Below the pieces are notes generated by a model. It made no database searches. It had not been told where the DNA came from and was given only the letters and a program-made list of their open reading frames with translations. Of a stretch of DNA of 64,000 nt, positions 39,902-49,596 are shown in pieces. Positions within the stretch are counted from its first letter, which is position 1; the number at the start of each line of letters is the position of its first letter. Position numbers and translations under genes: made by a program. The stretch is from positions 1 through 64,000 of the forward strand of contig CAZSKP010000003.1 of assembly GCA_964607485.1 (NCBI GenBank), written 5' to 3'. This stretch comes from an uncultured bacterium (lineage in GTDB: Bacteria > Abyssobacteria > SURF-5).

Positions 39902-41086
39902 TTGACGAAGAAGAAGGAATCGAGAAGTGGTGAATCAACAACCGCCGTCCACGGCGGCGAGAGAAGGTGGCGCGGCTCCATCACGACGCCCATTGTGCAA
40001 ACCTCCACGTTCGTGTTCAAGAACATGGAGGAGGTGGCCCAATACACGTCGGGGAAGAAGAGCCACTATGAATACGGCAGGTATGGAAACCCGACGCAGG
40101 AAGCCGCGGAGAAAAAGCTCGCGCTGCTCGAAGGCGCCGAACATTGTCTGCTGTTTGACTGCGGAATGAGCGCGATAAGTGCAACCGTGTTCGCGTTGAT
40201 GAAATCGGGCGACCACATCATTTTGACGGACGACGCCTACAAACAGACGCTCAATTTCGCCGAAAATTTTCTCCCCCGTTTCGGGATAGAGGTGTCCGTC
40301 GTGCCGATGGGCAACTACGAAGCCATGGAGAAGGCGATACGCAAGAACACCGTGCTCCTGTTCTCGGAATCGCCCACCAATCCGTACCTCAACATCGCGG
40401 ACATGGAACGAGTCGCCGGGATGGGCCGAAAAAACAAGGTGATCACGGCGATAGACAGCACGTTCGGCAGCCCGTACAATCAAAAACCGCTCGAGTCGGG
40501 CATCGACATCGTGATTCACAGCGGCACGAAATTCCTCGCGGGCCACAACGATATATTGTCGGGTGCCGTGATGACGGGCCGGAAATACTTTGAGCGCATC
40601 AAGGATTTCCAGAAGATGACAGGCGGCGTGCCCGACCCCAACTCGTGCTTCCTGCTGCTGCGCGGCCTGAAGACATTTTCGCTGAGAATGGAGCGGCAGA
40701 ACCAGACCGCCACCGAGGTGGCCATACATCTGGAAAAGCATCCGAAGATCAAGCGGGTGTACTACCCCGCCCTGCCGAGCCATCGGCACCACGAGCTCGC
40801 AAAGAAACAGATGCGTGGGTTCGGCGGAGTAGTCACGTTCGAGGTGAACGGAGACCTGGAGCAGACACTGAAGTTCCTCGATGCACTCAAGCTGTGCCTG
40901 ATCGCGCCGAGCTTGGGCGGACCCGAATCGCTGATCACGCATCCGGCCACCGTGACCTACTACACGATGACGCGGGAAGAACGAATCGCCATCGGAGTGC
41001 TCGACGAGTTGGTTCGGCTGGCCGTCGGCTTCGAGGACCCCGAGGACATCATCGCCGACCTCGACCAGGCGCTGAAAGGCGTCTAG
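39902..41086 (+). CDS. cystathionine gamma-synthase family PLP enzyme
   Basis: YGRYGNPT, ESPTNP, HSGTKFLAGH, SLGG. Confidence 0.95.
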   Translation: MTKKKESRSGESTTAVHGGERRWRGSITTPIVQTSTFVFKNMEEVAQYTSGKKSHYEYGRYGNPTQEAAEKKLALLEGAEHCLLFDCGMSAISATVFALMKSGDHIILTDDAYKQTLNFAENFLPRFGIEVSVVPMGNYEAMEKAIRKNTVLLFSESPTNPYLNIADMERVAGMGRKNKVITAIDSTFGSPYNQKPLESGIDIVIHSGTKFLAGHNDILSGAVMTGRKYFERIKDFQKMTGGVPDPNSCFLLLRGLKTFSLRMERQNQTATEVAIHLEKHPKIKRVYYPALPSHRHHELAKKQMRGFGGVVTFEVNGDLEQTLKFLDALKLCLIAPSLGGPESLITHPATVTYYTMTREERIAIGVLDELVRLAVGFEDPEDIIADLDQALKGV

Positions 41087-41187
41087 CGTATCAAGACGCG
41101 GCGAGAATCCCTACCACTGCAGAAGCCGGGCGTAAGCTATGTCCATTCATCCGCTGGATTTCCCATACAGTCACAGAGGTGATGCGC

Positions 41188-41994
41188 ATGCGGACGAGAT
41201 TCTTTGACGGGCCGAAGCCGAGGATATTCGCGCATCGCGGGTCGAGCGGCCATGCGCCCGAGAACACGCTGGCATCCTTCGATATGGCTGCCCGTGCGGG
41301 CGCCGACGTCCTCGAGATGGACGTGCATGCGACGAGCGACGGACACATCGTCGTCATGCACGACCCGATGACCGAACGGACGACCGACGGGGCGGGTCCC
41401 GTGTCGGCGCTGACGCTCGCGGAATTGAAGCGGCTCGACGCAGGCCGGCGGTTCTCGCCCGACGGCGGGAAGACGTATCCTTACAAGGGCAAGGGAATCG
41501 AGGTGCCCACGCTGCGCGAGGTCGCCGAGAGGTTTCCCCGCATCCCGTTCAACATCGAGGTGAAACAGGGCGAGCCGAGCATCGAGCGCGCGGTGTTCGA
41601 GCTCTTGGAAAAACTCGGCCACGCAGAGATAACGCTTCTCGCCGCCGAGATGGATGTGATCATGGAGCGAATCCGCCCTCTCGATTCAGGGCTGGCCACG
41701 AGTTTCTGCTCGACCGAGGTGCTCGAATTCCTCCAGCGGCTCAATCAAGACAGTTGGGAAGAGTATGTCCCGCCCGGGAGCGCGCTTCAGATCCCCGAGT
41801 CGTACCATGACATTCCGGTACTGACGCCGGAGCTGCTCGACGCCGCCCACCGCTTCGGCGTCGAGGTGCACGTGTGGACGGTGGACGAAGAGGCCGACAT
41901 GCGCAGGCTGCTGGAGATGGGCGTGGACGGCATCTTCACCGACTATCCCGAACGCATGGCGGGGGTGGTCCGAGAGATGGGACTGAGGCCCTGA
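41188..41994 (+). CDS. glycerophosphodiester phosphodiesterase
   Basis: AHRG, PENT, EMDV, FTDYP. Confidence 0.95.
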   Translation: MRTRFFDGPKPRIFAHRGSSGHAPENTLASFDMAARAGADVLEMDVHATSDGHIVVMHDPMTERTTDGAGPVSALTLAELKRLDAGRRFSPDGGKTYPYKGKGIEVPTLREVAERFPRIPFNIEVKQGEPSIERAVFELLEKLGHAEITLLAAEMDVIMERIRPLDSGLATSFCSTEVLEFLQRLNQDSWEEYVPPGSALQIPESYHDIPVLTPELLDAAHRFGVEVHVWTVDEEADMRRLLEMGVDGIFTDYPERMAGVVREMGLRP

Positions 41995-42135
41995 CAGCCC
42001 GTTGCCCAAATGATTCCTCACCCACCAACGTTTCCTGCCCCGTCATTGCGAGGAGCCAAGAGCTACAAGCTCGGGCGACGAAGCAATCCCGATGGCATGA
42101 GGAAAATGACTCCGAATAATTTAGACAACAGGCTG
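41995..42135. mobile_element. MITE-like element with 22 bp imperfect TIRs
   Basis: 41995-42016 vs 42114-42135 inverted match 18/22; internal GTCATTGCGAGGAG...GAAGCAATC. Confidence 0.7.
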
Positions 42136-42267
42136 CGTGACCCCTTTAGGATAGACAGCCCCTCCGATACTGCGGTATAATCACGTCAAGGTTCTCCCGG
42201 CAGGACATCACCGTTGAATGGAACAATTGTTGGCCGGGCAATAGGTGAAACAGGAGGTTCATGACTC

Positions 42268-43212
42268 ATGATAGTTGATGCACATGTGCACTTGTATGAT
42301 GAAGGCTGGATACCCAAACCCTTCGTACGCGGATTGGGGCAGGTAGTCTCGGCAACCCTCGCGAAGACAACCGGCGAGTTTCCCGACCCGGACGCCATCG
42401 CGGCCGGAGCCACGGAGCAATTGAGGGACTCGACAGGAGACGGCCTGGTTGAGGACATGGACGGGGCCGGCGTGGACATGTCGATCGCCTTTCCGGTCGA
42501 TTACTGGCTGGCCGTCGAGGAATCCTCTTCCGGAACGCCCGAAGGCGTCCCCATCGTCGAGCAGAACCGCATCTTCGGCGAGGTCGCCAAGAGACATCCG
42601 AAGCGCGTGGCGCATCTCGCGGCCGTGGACCCGCGCCGCAAGGATGCCGTCGCAATCTTTGAGAAGGGAGTGACGGAGCAGGGTGCGCGCGGCCTGAAGC
42701 TGCATCCGACCGCCGGCTTCTATCCCGACGACCCCGTCTGCCATCCGGTGTACCGGAAAGCGTTGGAGCTGGATGTGCCCGTGCTCTTCCACACGGGAAC
42801 GCAGCCCGCGCCCATGAAGGCGAAGTATTCGCGCCCGATCTTCGTGGACGGCGTCGCGGGGGATTTTCCCGACCTCAAGATCGTCATGGCGCATGTCGGC
42901 CACTGCTGGTGGGAGGAGGCGCTCGCCCTCGCCGGAACCAAGTGGAACCTCTGCGTTGATTTCTCGGGGTGGCAGAGGACATTCATGCTTCGCCCGCGCG
43001 AGTTCTATCACATGCTCAGGGTCGCACTGGACGAAATCGGCCCGTGGCGCGTCATGTTCGGCACCGACAATCCCTATCTGAGGCTCATGCTGCCCACGAA
43101 AGACTGGATCGCGGCGGTGCAAGACGCGACCAGCTCGGAATTCGCGTTCAGCCAGGAGGAGATAGACATCATCCTGGGGTCCGCAGCCGCGCGCCTGTTC
43201 AAGATAGGCTGA
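42268..43212 (+). CDS. amidohydrolase family protein (Amidohydro_2)
   Basis: DAHVH, GLKLHP, FHTG, FGTD. Confidence 0.93.
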   Translation: MIVDAHVHLYDEGWIPKPFVRGLGQVVSATLAKTTGEFPDPDAIAAGATEQLRDSTGDGLVEDMDGAGVDMSIAFPVDYWLAVEESSSGTPEGVPIVEQNRIFGEVAKRHPKRVAHLAAVDPRRKDAVAIFEKGVTEQGARGLKLHPTAGFYPDDPVCHPVYRKALELDVPVLFHTGTQPAPMKAKYSRPIFVDGVAGDFPDLKIVMAHVGHCWWEEALALAGTKWNLCVDFSGWQRTFMLRPREFYHMLRVALDEIGPWRVMFGTDNPYLRLMLPTKDWIAAVQDATSSEFAFSQEEIDIILGSAAARLFKIG

Positions 43213-43306
43213 CGGCGGCATAGCATCTTCTTGAGCAGGACAATGAATCGCGAATCTGATTCTTCTTCATCAAACATCGGCTCTGCTTTGAATAGACGGA
43301 GCCGGT

Positions 43307-45304
43307 ATGCGTGTGTTTCGCAAGAGCGCTTCGCCGGATAAGACCGAGCCGGCGGCAGTCTTGGAGGTGTGTTCGATGGAAGGCGTGGGTTTCACTGGAC
43401 CCGCCAAATCCATCAGGGCTTTCGTGAATCGCCATCGGATTCTTCTGCCGCCGTTGCTGTTCGTCGGCTTTGGAGCCATCATCCTGTTCAGCGCGCGCGA
43501 AGCAGTGATGGGGCAACTTCAGCCGAAACAAGAAGCCGTCGCCAGCTACGAGCGGTTTCCGGTGCCTGGTGAAAAGGCCGCATACGAAACATTCGAGGTG
43601 ATGTGGCCTCTGCGGGAGAAGCGGACCGCCATCGAGGTAGCGGCGGGAGAGAATTCGATAATTGAAGTAGGCTTTGTTCGAATTCGCGAAACTCCTTCCC
43701 TCTATAACGGGTTCTCGGGCAAAATCCGTTTTTCGGCCTCCCGTGGGGATTGGCTCCGTGAAGAAGTTCTCGCCGAAACAACGGGAGAGTTCCCCGTAGG
43801 CCGGCGTGTGAGTCTCGCCATCGACGGAGCTAAGTTGGGGGGAGAGCGACGACGTCAGAAGATTCTTCTCAAGATAGAGAAGGCGGATGAGCATGAGGAA
43901 CAAGGATACGAACCGTACCGTGATTTTGCGTTGCTCGCCCCCAATGTCTGCGAGAAAAGACGAGCCGGCGAGATGAATGTAATTATCGTGTCCTTCGACA
44001 CGCTCCGTCCCGACCACCTAGGCTGCTACGGTTACGGGCGCGATACAAGCCCCAATATCGACGGGTTCGCGCAGCAGGGTGTGCTGTTCACCCAGGTCGT
44101 GAGTCCCGCTCCATGGACTACTCCCGCCCATTACAGTCTCTTCACGGGTCTCAATCCGTCCGCCCATCAGAATCGGGCCAGAGTCGAAGACAGCGGGATA
44201 TTCTATTCACGGGAAACCCTCGCGAGCGTGCTGAAGCAAAACGGTTTTTACACGACTGCCATTACGGATGGCGGCCTGATGTCGTCGGTGTATGGGTTCG
44301 GGAAAGGGTTCAATACATACAGGGAATACCTCAGCGTGACGAAGCGCCCGGAGGCGGGAACGCAGTGGGCATACGAGTCTCATATCGAGCAGATCTTCGA
44401 TGAAGCTTCCCGCTGGCTCGAAGCACACAAGAACGCGAAGTTCTTCATGTTCCTGCACACATATGAATGCCACATGCCTTACGAGGGGACCCATTTTGTC
44501 TCGAAACAACCTCCCAAGTCCTTAATCGATCGCAGGAAGGCGCTGTACGACGGCGATATCAAGCACGCGGATTCCTACTTCGGCACGTTTGTTGAGAAGC
44601 TTCAGTCGCTCAACCTGATGGCTGACACGCTGGTTGTTTTCCTGAGCGACCACGGTGACGATTTCTACGACCACTATCGCGAAACCGACATTATTCCTCC
44701 GTTCACCGAAAAGCTCACACCGGAGATATCCGCCATCGACCACGACCACTCACTGTACGAGGAGCTTGTCAGGGTTCCGTTGATCTTCCACATCCCCGGC
44801 CTCAAAGCGCCGAAGAGAGTTTTGGAGAATCAGGTTCGCCTCATCGACGTCATGCCGACGATTCTGGACCCTCTCGGCATAGACTACGCGGCCCCGATTC
44901 AGGGAACCAGCCTGATGAGTCTCATGCGGACCGGAGAAAGAGAGGAGGACCCGCCGGCCCTGAGCGAATTTACCGGAACCGGCCCCGAGCGGAAGGCGAT
45001 CCGCAAGGACGGATACAAGTATATATGGATAGAGAAGCCGGACGAATTCCACAGGGTGACGTATCGAAACTTGAATCGGTTCGAGCTTTTCAACCTCACC
45101 GAGGACCCTCACGAGAAACATAATATCTACGCAGAAAACAGGCAATTGGCCGATCGATACCACGCGCTGCTCAGCGAGCAGTTGGCGACCTCTCTGCGGC
45201 TACACTCGGCACTCGAGAAGGAATACCAGCCGAGTGGAAAGAAAGAGAGAGTAGTCGATGAAGACCTGAAACGAAACTTGAAGGCGCTTGGCTACGTGGA
45301 CTGA
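43307..45304 (+). CDS. sulfatase-like / alkaline phosphatase superfamily protein
   Basis: DTLRPDHLG, SDHG, RVPLI, LKALGY; start uncertain. Confidence 0.9.
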   Translation: MRVFRKSASPDKTEPAAVLEVCSMEGVGFTGPAKSIRAFVNRHRILLPPLLFVGFGAIILFSAREAVMGQLQPKQEAVASYERFPVPGEKAAYETFEVMWPLREKRTAIEVAAGENSIIEVGFVRIRETPSLYNGFSGKIRFSASRGDWLREEVLAETTGEFPVGRRVSLAIDGAKLGGERRRQKILLKIEKADEHEEQGYEPYRDFALLAPNVCEKRRAGEMNVIIVSFDTLRPDHLGCYGYGRDTSPNIDGFAQQGVLFTQVVSPAPWTTPAHYSLFTGLNPSAHQNRARVEDSGIFYSRETLASVLKQNGFYTTAITDGGLMSSVYGFGKGFNTYREYLSVTKRPEAGTQWAYESHIEQIFDEASRWLEAHKNAKFFMFLHTYECHMPYEGTHFVSKQPPKSLIDRRKALYDGDIKHADSYFGTFVEKLQSLNLMADTLVVFLSDHGDDFYDHYRETDIIPPFTEKLTPEISAIDHDHSLYEELVRVPLIFHIPGLKAPKRVLENQVRLIDVMPTILDPLGIDYAAPIQGTSLMSLMRTGEREEDPPALSEFTGTGPERKAIRKDGYKYIWIEKPDEFHRVTYRNLNRFELFNLTEDPHEKHNIYAENRQLADRYHALLSEQLATSLRLHSALEKEYQPSGKKERVVDEDLKRNLKALGYVD

Positions 45305-45409
45305 GCATCGCCGGGCTCTCCCAACTGCCATGCGCCTCCTCGACACAGTCCACCGGGATATCCCTCTTGTGAACTCCGAATCGCGAGACGCACAAGGCGA
45401 ACAAGGCTC

Positions 45410-47032
45410 ATGAGCGACATGCATCAGCAGATGAAAACCTGTCACTATTGCGGACAGGCCGTCAAGTTGAGCAGCCACATGTGTCCTCACTGCGGCAGTT
45501 CCCTTGCAGAGTTGGACCAGCAGGAATGGGAACGGCTCGCCCCCACCGCAGAGCCCCCCGTGGACAAACCCAGCCGAAAGGTTTTGCCCTCTGGCACACG
45601 GAAGGCTCTTCTTGTCGTCGCGTTGTGCTGTTTCCTCTACTTGGCCGCGGTCATTACCATTTCCATTGCTCGGTTCATGTCGAACGGAGCAGCTAAACAC
45701 AAGGCCGGCGAATTGCCGAGCAGCCCGGCTGCGGCGGTCAAGAAGCCGGAACGCCTGGGCGCAGCGTCGCCGCAATCGGGGAAGACCTCGTTCATTCGCA
45801 TTCATGAGAATCCCACCTTGCCTGACGGGGCTGCGTCGTCGGAGGAACAGGCGGATTCCACCGAATCGAAAGAGTCGTCCTCGGAAGAGCGCGAGCGGCG
45901 CGAACGCGTACAGCGCATCAGCGCTCAGATTTTCAAGGAGCTTCTCGAAGAAGAAACAATAACCGCCGACACGATACACCTCAAGTCGGGCAGGGAAATC
46001 GATTGCGACATAATCAGCCGGTCCGACGCTCAGCTCACCATCAGCCACAGGGGAGTGACGACGACTCTGAATCGGGACGCGATAGAAAGCGTCGAACACC
46101 GCTCGCCGGAAGACGTGAGGCAGGAAACGGAAAAGCTCGCGATGGCACGGGCCAACGAAATTGTGTCCCTGGGGCTGGTCCGCCACGGAGGGCTTTGGAT
46201 TACGCCCGAAGAAAGGGCGCGCCGAATGCAGGCCAAGCCCGCGCCGAAAGAGTCCGAACAAGCTTCGACGCAGACGGCAACTGAGAAACCCTTGCCGGAG
46301 GAGCCTGGTAGCCAATCATTCGATGAGAGAACCGACCGCGAGAAGCTCGAATCGTTGCTTGCGCTCGTGCGCAAAACGAAGACTGTTGACGCCGACTTCT
46401 TCGGGGGAACGCTTCACATTGAAAATCGGAGCAAAGAGCGCGCCAGAGGCAACTCGGACAATGCATCGTTCATCGCTTTCGAGGCGAAAGGAAGACAGAT
46501 AAACCTGTTTCAGTTGAGCGACTTCCTCCGGCTGCCCGTCGCGGCGTCCGGCCTCTGCAATGCGTCCGTCGACGCCTCCCTGGACGAACGCGACCCGCGG
46601 ACGTTGAGCGGCGAGGCGCAAGTCATCGCCGAACACGTGACAATTCCCCCCTTCGCCACGCCGATGCTTGTTGTCCCGCCCAACGAGGAAGCCACGGTCA
46701 CCGCGACACTCTCAGCGGATAAAGGAGCCGTCGTCATAAAGAGCTTGCGGCTCGACGGAACAGCGTACAGCTTGGAAGGCGGCGGAATCATTCTCCTCGC
46801 GAACCGGCTGGAACAAAGCCAAGTCAAATGCTCATTCTCAATCCTTTTCAACGAATCGCCGACCGTGACAGATACGAGAGTGGTTGGAAAAGGCGCGCAA
46901 TACCTCTTGAACGCTCTCTCGGCATCGAAAAGAGAGATTCCTATTAAGATTCTGGGGACGCTCTCAGCGCCTGAAATACTTCTCACCCATCAATCGGCGC
47001 TCGGGTCTGTAAGATGGCGGCTCAACCAGTAG
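45410..47032 (+). CDS. hypothetical protein: Zn-ribbon, TM, C-terminal GspN/AsmA-like beta region
   Basis: CHYC/CPHC; IKILGTLSAP terminus. Confidence 0.7.
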   Translation: MSDMHQQMKTCHYCGQAVKLSSHMCPHCGSSLAELDQQEWERLAPTAEPPVDKPSRKVLPSGTRKALLVVALCCFLYLAAVITISIARFMSNGAAKHKAGELPSSPAAAVKKPERLGAASPQSGKTSFIRIHENPTLPDGAASSEEQADSTESKESSSEERERRERVQRISAQIFKELLEEETITADTIHLKSGREIDCDIISRSDAQLTISHRGVTTTLNRDAIESVEHRSPEDVRQETEKLAMARANEIVSLGLVRHGGLWITPEERARRMQAKPAPKESEQASTQTATEKPLPEEPGSQSFDERTDREKLESLLALVRKTKTVDADFFGGTLHIENRSKERARGNSDNASFIAFEAKGRQINLFQLSDFLRLPVAASGLCNASVDASLDERDPRTLSGEAQVIAEHVTIPPFATPMLVVPPNEEATVTATLSADKGAVVIKSLRLDGTAYSLEGGGIILLANRLEQSQVKCSFSILFNESPTVTDTRVVGKGAQYLLNALSASKREIPIKILGTLSAPEILLTHQSALGSVRWRLNQ

Positions 47033-47130
47033 CCGTGTCCGAGAATAGACCGGGCCGTCTTGTGATGTTAGTCACAGACACGTCGCCGCATTTCGGAGCA
47101 AAATGAGGAAGAAAGAGGAAAGGTTTGCCT

Positions 47131-47757
47131 ATGAACTCCGAGATGCCGAAAACGAAAGACGTGGCCGAGGTCGTGACGTGCCGGGCCGGCGCAGACGGTT
47201 GTCCGATGGCCGTCATAGATGTGAAGGCAATCGCCGCGAAGCTGGCCGACGTGCTCGCCGAGCCCGAACGCAAACGCGCGCTGGAGGAGCTGCTCGCCAA
47301 GCCGTTCAACTTCCACAGCCAGTTCTGCGCGGCGGTGACAGGCTGCCCGAACGCATGCGCTCAGCCGCAGATAAGAGACTTCGGCGTCATCGGACGCGCC
47401 CGCATCGGATTCGCCGAGTCGTTGTGCAGCGAATGCGGCCTGTGCGCGGCGGCGTGCAAGGAGAACGCGATCACGCTCGTCGATGGGAAACCGCGCGTCG
47501 ACGGCACGCGCTGCATCGCATGCTCCGACTGCGTGCGTTCGTGCCAGACCGACGCGCTCAGCGTCGTCGGCCGGACGTGCGAGGTCACGGTCGGCGGCAA
47601 GCTCGGGCGTCACCCCCGACTGGCGCAATCATTGGGCGAATTCGAGAACATCGACGAGGCCGTCGAATGCCTCCGCCGCACGCTTGAGCTGCTTCTCACC
47701 CAGGGCAAGAAAGGCGAACGCCTCGGCGCGCTGCTCGAGCGCCTCTCGCGAGAATAA
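47131..47757 (+). CDS. 4Fe-4S protein, nitrite/sulfite reductase-like
   Basis: TGCPNAC, two CxxCxxCxxxC motifs, GGKLGRHP. Confidence 0.88.
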   Translation: MNSEMPKTKDVAEVVTCRAGADGCPMAVIDVKAIAAKLADVLAEPERKRALEELLAKPFNFHSQFCAAVTGCPNACAQPQIRDFGVIGRARIGFAESLCSECGLCAAACKENAITLVDGKPRVDGTRCIACSDCVRSCQTDALSVVGRTCEVTVGGKLGRHPRLAQSLGEFENIDEAVECLRRTLELLLTQGKKGERLGALLERLSRE

Positions 47758-47786
47758 GTAATTACTATTAGGAACAGGTATCAGTC

Positions 47787-47883
47787 GTCATTCTGAGCGC
47801 AGCGAAGAATCTCAAACATTGCGACAGGGCCGGCGAAACACGAGATCCTTCACTCGGGCCTTCGGCCCTTCGTTCAGGATGAC
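47787..47883. repeat. GTCATTCTGAGC...CAGGATGAC palindromic element
   Basis: Terminal inverted repeat; sister of 51801-51872. Confidence 0.85.
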
Positions 47884-47945
47884 AAAAATGTGAAGTGCTT
47901 CGTGCTCCCCACAGTAACACCTCCGCCTCACCCTTCCAAAACCCG

Positions 47946-47985
47946 CTTGCGTTCCTTCCAACATCTCCTATATATTGTCGGTGAA
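47946..47985 (+). repeat. degenerate direct repeat of promoter region 49335-49374
   Basis: 35/40 identical. Confidence 0.85.
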
Positions 47986-48029
47986 TTACGGGTCGCTCCA
48001 AACAATATCGGGCGGTTGGTCGATGAGCA

Positions 48030-48058
48030 TTGACCCCGGTTTGTGCAGGCGGTATAAT
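48030..48058 (+). promoter_or_regulatory. sigma70 promoter of the TA pair
   Basis: TTGACC-17-TATAAT. Confidence 0.75.
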
Positions 48059-48087
48059 CATCGTGCAGAGACAACGAGGGGTGAAAC

Positions 48088-48306
48088 ATGACGAAACTGC
48101 TTAAGAAGGCCTTTGACGAAGCTTCCAGGCTCCCTGAAACGGAGCAGAATGCGTTTGCCAAATGGCTGCTCGATGAACTCCATTCTGAGAGGGAATGGGC
48201 CAAGACCCTCGCGGAATCGGAAGATGTTCTTGAGAAGCTTGCGGACGAAGCTTTAGAAGAAAAAAGAAAAGGCAAAACCAAACCGCTGAACCCCGACCGC
48301 CTATGA
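48088..48306 (+). CDS. putative antitoxin
   Basis: 72 aa acidic protein overlapping the toxin start. Confidence 0.8.
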   Translation: MTKLLKKAFDEASRLPETEQNAFAKWLLDELHSEREWAKTLAESEDVLEKLADEALEEKRKGKTKPLNPDRL

Positions 48307-48575
48307 ACTCGACCGCGACCGAGCGATTTTGGAAGTGCTATGCTGCGCTACCGGCCGAGGTCAAGACTCAGGCCCGAGAAGCATACGCCCTTTTCGCAAG
48401 AGACCCCTACCATCCCGGCCTGCGCTTCAAACGAATCCATTCAACTCGGCCGATCTTCTCCGTACGAGTGAGTCTCCAGTATCGGGCCCTTGGGGTCGCC
48501 GAAGGAGACGAAATCATATGGTTCTGGATCGGGTCGCACGCAGAGTATGACAGTCTCTTGAAGCGGCTGAAGTGA
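48303..48575 (+). CDS. RelE/ParE family toxin
   Basis: HPGLRFKRI, SVRVSLQYRAL, WIGSHAEYD. Confidence 0.88.
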   Translation: MNSTATERFWKCYAALPAEVKTQAREAYALFARDPYHPGLRFKRIHSTRPIFSVRVSLQYRALGVAEGDEIIWFWIGSHAEYDSLLKRLK

Positions 48576-49243
48576 ACAAGGACGAAGCACAGAGGAAGAC
48601 CGCACGAGAGATCGCACAGCGATACCTGGCGCGTGGCGATGCGCTCGGCTGGTTCGAGGCGCTGTATTCTCAGGCCGACGGGGACGCGTCGATCATTTCG
48701 TGGGCCGACCTGAAGCCGAACCCGAACCTTGTCGCGTGGCTGGACCGGGAGGCCCCACGCGCCCAGGGCGGGACCGCGCTCAAGGTAGGCTGCGGCCTGG
48801 GCGATGATGCCGAGGAACTCGCCCGGCGCGGATTCGAGACCACCGCCTTCGACATCTCACAGACGGCCATCTCGTGGTGCCGGAGGCGTTATCCGAATTC
48901 TTCGGTGACGTACCTCGTGGCCGACCTGTTTCAACCGCCGACAGAGTGGCGAGGGAAGTTCGACTTCGTCCTCGAATCGTACACGCTTCAGGTGCTGCCG
49001 CCGGCGCTCAGGCCCGAGGCGATCGCGCGTATCGCCTCATTCGTCGCTCCGCAGGGGATGTTGCTGGTCATCGCGCGGGCCCGAGAAATCGACGATCCCG
49101 AGGGCGCCATGCCCTGGCCGCTGACGAGAGACGAGGTGGCATCCTTCCAATCTTTCGGTCTCAGGGAACTCTGCTTCGAGGACTACATGGACACCGAAAC
49201 TCCCCCCGTCCGTCGGTTCAGAGTGTGGTACCGAAGGGAATAG
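48572..49243 (+). CDS. class I SAM-dependent methyltransferase (TPMT-like)
   Basis: VGCGLGDDA, AFDIS. Confidence 0.9.
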   Translation: MNKDEAQRKTAREIAQRYLARGDALGWFEALYSQADGDASIISWADLKPNPNLVAWLDREAPRAQGGTALKVGCGLGDDAEELARRGFETTAFDISQTAISWCRRRYPNSSVTYLVADLFQPPTEWRGKFDFVLESYTLQVLPPALRPEAIARIASFVAPQGMLLVIARAREIDDPEGAMPWPLTRDEVASFQSFGLRELCFEDYMDTETPPVRRFRVWYRRE

Positions 49244-49387
49244 GGCGGTTGAAATCTTCGCCAATTTCCGGAGATGTGGCACGAATTTGCCGGACGGGAA
49301 ATCGGTATTATGTCCCCGGAATTTGCCAATTTGCCTTGCTTTCCTTCCAACATCTAATATATACTGACGGTGAACAAAGGAGATGCG

Positions 49388-49570
49388 ATGAGACTGAAGG
49401 TAGATCATAAGAATGACGCCTTATATTTTCGATTAGATGAATCGGATATCGTAGAGTCCGAGGAAATCAAGCCCGGCGTGATTCTCGACTATGATGCGAA
49501 CGACAACATGGTCGGAATCGAGATACTCGGCCTGAGCAAACGTGTCTCGGTTGAAACGTACAGGTCCTGA
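49388..49570 (+). CDS. DUF2283 domain protein
   Basis: DALYFRL, PGVILDYD, VGIEIL. Confidence 0.85.
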   Translation: MRLKVDHKNDALYFRLDESDIVESEEIKPGVILDYDANDNMVGIEILGLSKRVSVETYRS

Positions 49571-49596
49571 CTTACCTATACCGCAACCTCTGAAAA

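Noticed and set aside
49277-49291. sigma54-like TGGCACGAATTTGC
   Set aside because: Spacer is 4 nt rather than the required 5
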